A stretch of 64,000 nucleotides of DNA from Candidatus Babeliales bacterium (lineage in GTDB: Bacteria > Babelota > Babeliae > Babelales > JANWKD01). Below the pieces are notes generated by a model. That model worked only from the letters and a program-made list of their open reading frames with translations, was not told the DNA's origin and ran no database searches. Position 1 is the first letter of the stretch. Every line of letters starts with the position of its first letter. Of the stretch, positions 29,208 to 38,511 are shown piece after piece. A program made the translations under genes and the position numbers. Location: contig CAVRJM010000001.1 in NCBI GenBank assembly GCA_963722075.1, forward strand, positions 864,001 to 928,000. Reading direction: 5' to 3'.

Positions 29208-30622
29208 AACTGAAAATAAATAAAGTTATAACCGCCAAATTCACCCCACAAAAAGAGTGTAAAGATTGTTATATAATATATACATAACCGTACATACGTT
29301 GGAAAAAAATCAAGCATATGCCGGATTTTACCCGCATATCGTTGAACACAATGAACACCCCAAATAATAACAGTTAAAAAGAATAATATACTAATATCAT
29401 AACTACGTCCCATTACCACTGCACGGCGTAATTGTAATAGATTATTCCAGCAAGTAAGCTGATCAAACATATGGCATAGTATATAGCAAGCATCGTGTAC
29501 CGTATTTGCTCTAAAAAAAATCCATGAAATACACACAGCACTAAAAGTACCGATTATTCTCATTAAAGAAGGAACCCTTCTTATAAAGCAATCCGGTAAC
29601 CAATAACTAGCTATCATATAAAAACTATGCAAAGCACCCCATATAATAAAAGTCCAATTAGCGCCATGCCATAAGCCACTTAATAAAAAGGTGATTGCAA
29701 TATTACCACAATAGCGCACTGAAGAAACTTTATTGCCACCTAAGGGGATATATATATAATCACAAAACCAGGTTGAAAGAGAAATATGCCAACGCTTCCA
29801 AAAATCTTTTATTGAATCAGCTAAATAGGGCTGTTTAAAATTTTCCATTAAGGTAATTCCCATGGTACGGGCAATGCCAATCGCCATATAACTGTACCCG
29901 GCAAAATCACAAAAAATTTGAAAAGCAAATAAATAGGTGGCAAATAATAATGGCCACCCCACATATAAATGCACATTATTGTATACCGCGTCTACATATT
30001 TAGAAAGGTTGTCAGCAACTACAAGTTTTAAAAGAAGACCACCTAAAAAGGTACGTAATCCAATAATTATATTATGATACGAAAATGGCTTTCGGGTTGT
30101 AAGCTGATTAAGTAAATGAGAACCACGCTCAATAGGACCTGCTACTAATTGGGGAAAATATAAAATAAATAAGGCAAATTTTCCTAAATGGTGCTCCGCT
30201 TGGTATTTTTTATAAAAGATATCTACCGTATAACTAACTGCTTGAAAGGTAAAAAATGATATTCCTATAGGTAATGTTATTGGATAAGGAACATATTCAT
30301 TATAAAAACCAAGCATATATAATGAATGATAAAAAAAATTCATATATTTACATATGAATAATAAGCTAAAAGTTATTATTAGGCTCAGCGTAAGGCAAAA
30401 TTTTCTATAAAAAGATGAGGATGTTTTTTCAATATAAAGAGCTGCGCCATAATTCACCATTATTGCAATGCTAATAAGGGCAGCTCCTAAAATATCAGAA
30501 CTTAAATAAAAATAAGAGCTTGCTACTAATAATAGTAACCATGCATATTCTATTGGTGCTATAAAATATAAAAATAATGTTATGGGAAAAAATATACAAA
30601 ATTGAAATGAAGTAAAAAGCAT
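29204..30622 (-). CDS. MBOAT-family O-acyltransferase (AlgI/PatA-like)
   Basis: MLFTS..F start, LPIGISFFTFQ, FPQLVAGPIER, FWKRWHISLS, SGLWHGA, FIYFQF. Confidence 0.93.
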   Translation of the reverse strand: MLFTSFQFCIFFPITLFLYFIAPIEYAWLLLLVASSYFYLSSDILGAALISIAIMVNYGAALYIEKTSSSFYRKFCLTLSLIITFSLLFICKYMNFFYHSLYMLGFYNEYVPYPITLPIGISFFTFQAVSYTVDIFYKKYQAEHHLGKFALFILYFPQLVAGPIERGSHLLNQLTTRKPFSYHNIIIGLRTFLGGLLLKLVVADNLSKYVDAVYNNVHLYVGWPLLFATYLFAFQIFCDFAGYSYMAIGIARTMGITLMENFKQPYLADSIKDFWKRWHISLSTWFCDYIYIPLGGNKVSSVRYCGNIAITFLLSGLWHGANWTFIIWGALHSFYMIASYWLPDCFIRRVPSLMRIIGTFSAVCISWIFFRANTVHDACYILCHMFDQLTCWNNLLQLRRAVVMGRSYDISILFFLTVIIWGVHCVQRYAGKIRHMLDFFPTYVRLCIYYITIFTLFLWGEFGGYNFIYFQF

Positions 30623-30740
30623 TACTATTCCTTGATTTGTCACTAACACCTATACCATACGATATATAAATAAATTCGTAAAATTATTAAATATGTATAT
30701 ATTGAATAGGTAAGGCGTAAGAACCATAAAGGAACATTTC

Positions 30741-31256
30741 ATGAATGATTTAAAACATATGCTGTTTAATTCAATTGTCCAATTTAATCAAACAACAGAA
30801 CCTACAATTGATTGGACCGTAGTTTTAGAAGATGATACAAAATTTGAAACTATTATCGATGCCATAGACACTTTAATTGATGGGGTTGCCTTATTACCTG
30901 ACATTGAAGATTTGCAACGAATACATTTACTCGGCCGTTTGGCATTAATTCGGTCTCATTTATCCTACTGCTATGTTAATGAACAACAAATAGCACACTT
31001 TATACAACATGGCCAGCGATTAGAGAAATTATTAAAAGATATTATTAATTGCTCAAATTGGCTTATAAACGCTCAACAACGTTTTGATGAATATCTTGAA
31101 TTTGAGGAAATGGCCACTGAAGATACTATACTAACTCCTAAACAAATTGATCAATTTCGCCCAGTCTTAATGGCATTGGCTATCATGGGCATTATCTCTA
31201 TCGAAGAAGATGAATGCGCTCCTGAAGATTTAGAAGAAGAAAATGACTATGAATAA
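30741..31256 (+). CDS. Acidic hypothetical protein
   Basis: 171-aa ORF with AAAGGA RBS. Confidence 0.6.
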   Translation: MNDLKHMLFNSIVQFNQTTEPTIDWTVVLEDDTKFETIIDAIDTLIDGVALLPDIEDLQRIHLLGRLALIRSHLSYCYVNEQQIAHFIQHGQRLEKLLKDIINCSNWLINAQQRFDEYLEFEEMATEDTILTPKQIDQFRPVLMALAIMGIISIEEDECAPEDLEEENDYE

Positions 31257-31281
31257 ATAATAAAAAGGGAGAGTAAACATA

Positions 31282-31937
31282 ATGAGCATTCTTAATCGAA
31301 TAAGTAATTTATTTCTAAAAAAACCTATAAAAAGTCTATTCACCCAAATTTATGAAAAAAAAAAGTGGGGTGATTTGGGAACCCTATCTGGGCCAGGATC
31401 TACTCTTGAAGAAACAACAGTAATTAGAGAAACACTGCCAACGATACTAAAAAAATATTCTATCTTGACTATGATGGATGCACCTTGTGGTGATTTTTTT
31501 TGGATGCAAAAAGTTAATCTAGAGCAATGTAACTATATTGGCGTTGATATTGTTAATTCCATGATACAGAATAATAATAAGAACTTTGCCTCGGATTCAA
31601 AAAAATTTATATGTGCTGATCTCATCAATGATACAATTCCTCATGCTGATTTAATTTTTTGTCGTGATTGCTTAGTTCATCTTTCGTTTAAGATTGCTTG
31701 AAAACGTATAATTAAATTTCAAAAAAACTGGTTCGCGATACTTATTAACAACAACATTTCCTGAAACAAAAAATAATAAAGATACAATAAGCCTCTTGTG
31801 GCGACCCCTTAACTTGCGCCTAGCTCCGTTTAATTTTCCTGAGCCATTATTAGTTATTAATGAAAAATGTACCCATGATGTTATTATACCCCGATAAATC
31901 ACTAGGATTATGGGATTTAAAATCAATTAAAATATAA
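31282..31937 (+). pseudogene. Class I SAM methyltransferase, multiply frameshifted
   Basis: SGPGS, DAPCGD, RDCLVHL; continuation NFKKTGSRYLLTTTF..WRPLNL..PFNFP..DKSLGLW in other frames. Confidence 0.8.
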
Positions 31938-31962
31938 TGTATTATTTAAAAAAAGGAGCTTA

Positions 31963-32658
31963 ATGAACTTTCTTTTAATTTTATTTTTTATTCTTATAAA
32001 TCAATTTAGCTTAAATTATAGCAAACAACATAATAAGCCACAGTTTTATAGTCAGGTTGGGCAAGATAGTTATGTTATGGAACATTTTTTCCCTCACAAA
32101 AAAGACGGTTTTTTTTGTGAGATTGGCGCTTTTGACGGTATTAAATTTAGCAATACATATGTGTTTGAACGTTTGGGTTGGAAAGGCATATGCGTTGAAC
32201 CAATTCCGGAACGATTTGACCAATTAAAAAAAAATAGAAATTGTATTTGTGTTAAAGGCTGCATTACTGATCATGAGGGAACTCTTTTATTTAGACAAGT
32301 GGGGGAAAGTGGGGAAATGTCAAGCGGATTAGTAGAAAAATATGACCCTTTACATATTCAACGTATTGAAGCGGCACATTGCAGTGCAAAATATTTCCAA
32401 GTTCACTGTTATACATTATCATCACTCATGAAAAAATACGATATCCAAAAAATAGATTTTTTAAGTATTGATACTGAAGGAGGAGAACTTGATATTTTGC
32501 AATCTTTAAGTGATGAGGAATTAGCATGCATAGATGTTATAGCCGTAGAAGATAATTATAAAGATCCTAAATTAGTACAATTTTTTACAGAAAAAGGTTT
32601 TAAAATCATAGTACGCCTTGAAATGGATATTATTTGTAGAAATACATTATATATGTAA
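31963..32658 (+). CDS. FkbM-family methyltransferase
   Basis: YSQVGQD, EIGAFDGIKFSNT, GWKGICVEP, IDFLSIDTEGGE. Confidence 0.9.
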   Translation: MNFLLILFFILINQFSLNYSKQHNKPQFYSQVGQDSYVMEHFFPHKKDGFFCEIGAFDGIKFSNTYVFERLGWKGICVEPIPERFDQLKKNRNCICVKGCITDHEGTLLFRQVGESGEMSSGLVEKYDPLHIQRIEAAHCSAKYFQVHCYTLSSLMKKYDIQKIDFLSIDTEGGELDILQSLSDEELACIDVIAVEDNYKDPKLVQFFTEKGFKIIVRLEMDIICRNTLYM

Positions 32659-32685
32659 GATAACACTTATTAAAAAGGATTAGAT

Positions 32686-33383
32686 ATGAATCAATCAGTA
32701 TTTTTAAAATATAGCATTCTATTTTTCATTTTTTATTCATCTATTGCTTCTTCATATTACAGTCAATATAACCAAGATCAGTATATTTTAACTCATCTTT
32801 TCCCCAATAAAAAAAATGGATTTTTTATTGATATTGGGGCATTTGATGGCATTACTTGGAGTAACACATTGGCACTTGAACAACGCGGATGGAATGGAAT
32901 ATGTTTTGAACCTAATCCTGATGAATTTAAAAAGTTAAAAAAATGTCGTAAATGTATCTGCATTCAAGGCTGTGTTGATGAAATAGAAGGTCCGGCACAA
33001 TTCCTACAGGTGGTCGGTGGTCCAATGCTTGATGGGTTAGTTGAACGATATGACGCACGGCATTTAGAAAATATCCAAAAACTCGCTCAAGAAAAAAACT
33101 TAACCTTTAAAACTATTGAAGTGCAACGATACTTATTGAATAATATTTTAGATCAATATCAGATAAAGCATATTGATGTATTATGCATTGATATAGAAGG
33201 TGGCGAATTTACTATTTTAAAATCAATCGATTGGAATAGATTTGTTTTGATGTATTAGTAATCGAAGAAATTTTTGATTATCCAGAGTTAAAGAAATTTC
33301 TTAATGATAAAGGCTTTTCTCAAATTGCGAGAATAGACAATGATGTTTTTTATAGAAACAAGAAATATATCAATAACAAATAA
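32686..33383 (+). pseudogene. FkbM-family methyltransferase, 1-nt deletion near 33245
   Basis: Same motifs; tail FDVLVIEEIFDYPEL..FYRNKK is in a shifted frame; the duplicate at about 34300 shows the undeleted GATTTTGAT. Confidence 0.8.
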
Positions 33384-33501
33384 TTAGAGTTAATAAGGAA
33401 TTTTTAATAGTAAATCAGCCCAACTTTTTTCTACTGCATCTTTTGTAAATAATATTTTAACTGTTTTATTTGCCAAATATTCATAAAAAGGAGCCTAAAT
33501 T

Positions 33502-34173
33502 ATGAATTTCCGCTTTATTCTATTCGTCATTCTTATGAATCAATTTACCTACAATTATAACCAACAAGATAATAATACTGTGCAATTTTATAGTCAGGTT
33601 GGGCAAGATCGTTATGTTTGGGAACATTTTTTTTCAAATAAAAAAGATGGTTTTTTTTGTGAAATTGGCGCATATGATGGTATTAAATTTAGCAATACTT
33701 ATTTTTTTGAACAAATCGGTTGGAAAGGAATCTGTATCGAACCAATTCCAGCACGCTTTAATGAATTAGAAAAAAATAGAAATTGTATCTGCATTCATGG
33801 ATGTATAACTGACCATGAAGGAACTGCACTATTCAGACATATACAAGAAACTGATGAACTAACTGATGAAATGTTGAGCGGTTTAGTGGAAAAATATCAC
33901 CCATTGCATCTTCAACGAATTCATTGGAGACATTGTCCATCTGAGTATTTTGAAGTCAAATGCTACACATTATCAGCTCTCATGAAAACATATGATGTAC
34001 AAAAAATAGATTTTTTAAGTATCGACACCGAAGGTGGAGAATTAGATATTTTGCAATCATTGAGTGACGAAGAATTAGCCTGCATTGATGTTATAACGGT
34101 CGAAGATAATTATAATGACCCTAAAATAGTACGATTTCTTACCAGTAAAAATTTCGAGCTCATCACCCGCTGA
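33502..34173 (+). CDS. FkbM-family methyltransferase (3' end cut short)
   Basis: Close paralog of 31963-32658; lacks the last residues. Confidence 0.85.
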   Translation: MNFRFILFVILMNQFTYNYNQQDNNTVQFYSQVGQDRYVWEHFFSNKKDGFFCEIGAYDGIKFSNTYFFEQIGWKGICIEPIPARFNELEKNRNCICIHGCITDHEGTALFRHIQETDELTDEMLSGLVEKYHPLHLQRIHWRHCPSEYFEVKCYTLSALMKTYDVQKIDFLSIDTEGGELDILQSLSDEELACIDVITVEDNYNDPKIVRFLTSKNFELITR

Positions 34174-34248
34174 GGATTGAGAGAAAGTAGAAAGGAGATG
34201 TAAAAGAGTGCAGAAAGATATAGAATAGAGAAAGTAGAGTATGAGCAT

Positions 34249-34434
34249 GATATAGAAGGCGGCGAATTTACTATTTTAAAATCAATCGATTGGAATAAAT
34301 TTGATTTTGATGTATTAGTAATCGAAGAAATTTTTGATTACCCAGAATTAAAAAAATTTCTTAAGATAAAGGATTTTTCAAATACAAGAATAGAAATGGA
34401 TATTATTTTTAGAAATAAATTATATATGCAATAA
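34249..34434 (+). pseudogene. C-terminal FkbM fragment
   Basis: Near copy of 33190-33320 fused to a tail resembling 32620-32658. Confidence 0.75.
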
Positions 34435-34446
34435 AAGGGGTTAGTT

Positions 34447-36129
34447 ATGTATTATCATTTTTTTTTATTCATTCTTTTTCTAATAACATCCATAACCGCT
34501 ATCCCGGAAAAAAAAATTGTTATCTTAATTCCTTCATATAATAATCCGTTATATATCACCCGCGAATGTTTGCAATCGGCACTTAATCAACAGTATTCAA
34601 ATTTTGAAATTTTTTTTAGTGATGATTGCTCACCTGAACCTGGTATTGAAGAAAAACATCGCGCATTAATTGCTGAGCTTGATAAGAATAATAAAATTAC
34701 CTATAAACGAAATAAACAACGGCATGGCCCCATCGGTAATCAATTGCTAGCATGGCATAGTATTAATCCTGATAATATCTTAGATAATCGTGATATTATT
34801 GTTGCCAATTTGGATGGCGATGACTTTTTAGAGCCTAATGCGCTGAGTATTGTTAATGAATTGCATGAAAAAGCATGGGTCACCTGGGGACAATTTGATC
34901 TCTACCCCAGCGGTGATAAACGAAATGATTGTCATAAAATTTCCAAAAAAATTATTGCAGCAAATGGATGGCGCAAGGTTCCGGGCGGATTGGCAACCAG
35001 CCATTTACGCACCTATCGATTAAGTCTTCTTAAAGATTTACCCATAGAAGCCTTACTCTATCAAGGTATTTTTTATCCGGCAGCAGGAGATGCCCCGCTC
35101 ATGTGGTCACTATGCGAAAAAGCGGGATTCCATACTGCATATAACCCAAAAATAATATATCATTATCGCCAAACCGCTCAATGTGAATCGAGAATATATG
35201 CCAAAGAATCAACGGCTTGTGCAAATTATGCTCGTCAACAAAAACCATTTAGAGCCTTAAAAGAACTTCCTATTCAGTATCCGGCACAGCATTATAAAGC
35301 TAACCTTGTTATTTTTTCTTACCATCGGCCAATGCAGTTATATGCCTTACTGGAATCTGTACAAAAATATGTTACTGGTTTTAATCATATCGCTGTTTTA
35401 TATCGTGCTGATACAAATGAATATCAACAAGCGTACCAAAAGGTTATGAGCGATTTTAATCAGGTAACATTCAAAAAACAATCTAAAAACCCTCAGAAAG
35501 ATTTTAAGCCTTTATTGCTTACGCTTATAAATGAATTACAGAGTGATTATATAATGTTTGCTACTGATGATATCATTGTAAAAGATGCCGTTTCGATAAC
35601 CGAATGTGTAAAAGCATTACAAAAAACACACGCCTATGGATTCCATTTACGGCTGGGAACAAATATAAATCATTTTTACATGCTTAATCAACCGCAAAAG
35701 CTGCCACTTTTAATTGATATTGAAGATGACATATATGCGTGGCAAACATATACAGCAACTGATTACTGGTCCGATTGGGCATGGATTAATACAGTGGATA
35801 TGACGTTATATCCTAAAAACGAAATTATTACTGCGTTAGCATCAAGCAGTTACGAAAATCCTAACACCTTAGAAAATGCTTTAGCTAGTTTACTTCCTTC
35901 TTTAAAACAAAAAGTTTGTTTATGTTTTAAAGAATCAAAAACTGTTAATATCCCCTTAAATCGTGTTCAAAATGTATTTAAAACTAATAGATCAATGGAC
36001 AATGGATTTAGCATCGATTTTCTTCTTGAACAGTTTAATGCGGGTTTTAAAATCAATATACAACCATTACATCAATATAATAATTGTTCTGTTCACACTG
36101 AATATGATGTTACCTTTATAAAAAGGTAG
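34447..36129 (+). CDS. Two-domain GT2/GT-A glycosyltransferase with N-terminal signal/anchor
   Basis: ILIPSYN, DDCS, NLDGDD; second domain IFSYHRPMQL..FATDD. Confidence 0.85.
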   Translation: MYYHFFLFILFLITSITAIPEKKIVILIPSYNNPLYITRECLQSALNQQYSNFEIFFSDDCSPEPGIEEKHRALIAELDKNNKITYKRNKQRHGPIGNQLLAWHSINPDNILDNRDIIVANLDGDDFLEPNALSIVNELHEKAWVTWGQFDLYPSGDKRNDCHKISKKIIAANGWRKVPGGLATSHLRTYRLSLLKDLPIEALLYQGIFYPAAGDAPLMWSLCEKAGFHTAYNPKIIYHYRQTAQCESRIYAKESTACANYARQQKPFRALKELPIQYPAQHYKANLVIFSYHRPMQLYALLESVQKYVTGFNHIAVLYRADTNEYQQAYQKVMSDFNQVTFKKQSKNPQKDFKPLLLTLINELQSDYIMFATDDIIVKDAVSITECVKALQKTHAYGFHLRLGTNINHFYMLNQPQKLPLLIDIEDDIYAWQTYTATDYWSDWAWINTVDMTLYPKNEIITALASSSYENPNTLENALASLLPSLKQKVCLCFKESKTVNIPLNRVQNVFKTNRSMDNGFSIDFLLEQFNAGFKINIQPLHQYNNCSVHTEYDVTFIKR

Positions 36130-36195
36130 GTAAACTAGTTCTGTTCAGTTTTTGGAAAATTTTTAAAGTTTAAAGGTTATATGTTCATGGAAAAG

Positions 36196-36342
36196 CCGTC
36201 GTCACGAGCCGAATCCGTCGACGCCAAGGCTATGCCGGACAAGGGCGTGGAGACCGTGTCCGCCGTAGCTTGTAGCGAAGGCTGGATCCAGGCTAAAATT
36301 TTCAGGAAAACCTGGATTGCTTCGACAAGCTCGCAACGACGC
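36196..36342. repeat. Nested REP-like palindromic cluster
   Basis: GC-rich CGTCGT...ACGACG shell containing TCCGTCGACGCCAAGGCTATGCCGGA, TCCGCCGTAGC..GCGAAGGCTGGA and ATCCAGG/CCTGGAT. Confidence 0.8.
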
Positions 36343-36417
36343 CCCTTAACAATTTACACCAATTGAGCAAATTTTTTGCATTTAGCAAACAATAAAAGAT
36401 ATAAAACCCAACAGAGT

Positions 36418-37221
36418 CTATAGCTTTTGTAATTCAATTGTCATAAACCAACCACTTGTATGCCACCCCAATAATGCCGCAGCGCTATAAGCCAAAAATC
36501 GAAATGGTTTTGATTTATTATAGAGCAAATCATAATTAGTTACGGTCGATTTAAGTTGTTTAATAACAACGGGATAATTTTTTAGAATTGTATGTATCTC
36601 TTTAATTGTATATGCTTTAGTGCCCAAACTTTCTTGATCATAATAAATTACCTGTGAAAAACTTCTTAAAAATTTTCCATGTTTGGCCGCTGCTAATAGA
36701 TATCTATACAATGCAAATAACGAATGTCGATTATAAATCATAATTTTTATACAGCCGCCTGGTTTTGTAACCCGTATAATTTCTTCAAGACATTTAATAG
36801 TATTTGGTGAATGATGAATAACGCCCCAGGAATAAACAATATCAAAAAAATTATCATGATAAGGAATTTGTTCAGCGTCAGCAACCTGAACCTCTTGAGC
36901 TTTCAAACCATATAACGATAACCGCTTTTTTACATTATCAATAGCTTCTTCAGTTAAATCGATTCCATACGCTTGAGTTCCGGCACGAACCCATTGTAAA
37001 AAATCAGTTCCAGCACCAATACCCACTTCAAGCAACTTTTTATCTTTAAAACGCGTAAATTGCGCAAAAGAAAAAATCTCAGGTTCTGCAGCATACCGGA
37101 GCTGCTCAATTTCTTCAAAATATTCTTTTGAAAATTTATCTTTTTTTGTGTGTTCTGTGCCACAGCTGGCATTATTCCAGTATTTATAGACTTCTTGTTT
37201 TAAGTTTTCGTTGTTCATCAT
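36418..37221 (-). CDS. Class I SAM-dependent methyltransferase
   Basis: LEVGIGAG, GIDLT, FDIVYSWGVIHH. Confidence 0.9.
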   Translation of the reverse strand: MMNNENLKQEVYKYWNNASCGTEHTKKDKFSKEYFEEIEQLRYAAEPEIFSFAQFTRFKDKKLLEVGIGAGTDFLQWVRAGTQAYGIDLTEEAIDNVKKRLSLYGLKAQEVQVADAEQIPYHDNFFDIVYSWGVIHHSPNTIKCLEEIIRVTKPGGCIKIMIYNRHSLFALYRYLLAAAKHGKFLRSFSQVIYYDQESLGTKAYTIKEIHTILKNYPVVIKQLKSTVTNYDLLYNKSKPFRFLAYSAAALLGWHTSGWFMTIELQKL

Positions 37222-37257
37222 TATCTTTCTTTTTTATTTTTTTATGTCTTTATTTTA

Positions 37258-38511
37258 CTATTTTTCTTTTCGTATGATTATTTTATTAACATGATTATAC
37301 CAATCATACTGTTGTACTGCTTTTTTTCGAGCATTAAAACCCAATCGATCATAGGTATCATTATCTAGATCAATTAATGCACATGATGCCTGTATAAATT
37401 GTTGAATATTTTGAGGCTCTACTATAAAACCAATTTGATCGGTAATGGTATCGTTATAATAGATACCATTATTATTAATTCGTATTGCCGGTGAAATCAC
37501 TTCACTAATTTGTTCAAGATCTGATGCAATAACCGGCTTACCCATACTTAAATATTCAAAAATTTTTGTAGGCGAGCCAAAAAAAGGAGTACCATCAGGA
37601 TTTGGTTGTGTGGGTGATAAAAATGCATCACATGCTGCTAAATAGTTTTTAGCCTCATGTTGCGCAATAATACCGGTAAAGATAACTTTTTTTTTAACAA
37701 CATACTCTTGCAACGTTTCATAAGCGTATGTATAAAGAGGACCATCGCCAATCAATAAAAAGCGCGCTTGTGGTTTTTCTAATACTATTGCAGGGATTAT
37801 TTCCACTAAAAGCTCGATACCATGCCATTTATTAAAGGTACCAATAAAGCCAAAAACAAAGGTATTAGTTAGCGCTAATTGGTTGCGTATTAAGCACCGT
37901 TCCTTTTCTAAGAGCGCTGAATTAAAAGTGCTTGTATTTACTCCATTGGGATTTACTAAGATTTTTGTTTGATCTACTCCTCGTTGCATCAATTCATTTT
38001 TCAATGCTTGGGATACTACTATAATTTTATGGGCATAGTATATATTAACCCACTCTATTAATCGAATCGGCCATTTCAGTGTCATTCTTTTTTTAGTTGC
38101 CCAAAACGTATCAACCCATACTTCTGATCCATTATATTCTAAAATTAGGGGAACTTTTTTTATTAAACTGAGTAAAACACCGGTAGCATTTAACAAAGAA
38201 TAGCGTTGGTAAATAAAATCAATACTATTATTTTTCATACATCGTAACGCTTGGTTAATAAAAAACAGAGTAGATAACAAAGAAGCTATTTTTGTACGCA
38301 ATGATAATATATATTTTGGCAATGCTAATTGATGTACCCGTATAGGTAATGCTGACAGTTGCTCAATCATAACCGTAGAGGCTGTAATAACATCATACCC
38401 ATGGCCAATAAAACCCTGTATTACACCGAGTGTATGGCCAACCGAACCCCCGGCAACTAATGGTGTATAAGAAATATCAGTTCTTAAATAAAAAATAGTT
38501 TTCTTGCTCAT
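37258..38511 (-). CDS. GT4 glycosyltransferase
   Basis: NPNGV, FIGTF..WHG, SPTKIFEYLSMGKPVIAS. Confidence 0.9.
   Translation of the reverse strand: MSKKTIFYLRTDISYTPLVAGGSVGHTLGVIQGFIGHGYDVITASTVMIEQLSALPIRVHQLALPKYILSLRTKIASLLSTLFFINQALRCMKNNSIDFIYQRYSLLNATGVLLSLIKKVPLILEYNGSEVWVDTFWATKKRMTLKWPIRLIEWVNIYYAHKIIVVSQALKNELMQRGVDQTKILVNPNGVNTSTFNSALLEKERCLIRNQLALTNTFVFGFIGTFNKWHGIELLVEIIPAIVLEKPQARFLLIGDGPLYTYAYETLQEYVVKKKVIFTGIIAQHEAKNYLAACDAFLSPTQPNPDGTPFFGSPTKIFEYLSMGKPVIASDLEQISEVISPAIRINNNGIYYNDTITDQIGFIVEPQNIQQFIQASCALIDLDNDTYDRLGFNARKKAVQQYDWYNHVNKIIIRKEK

Noticed and set aside
36181..36366. 61-aa ORF
   Set aside because: Translation of a GC-rich palindromic repeat cluster
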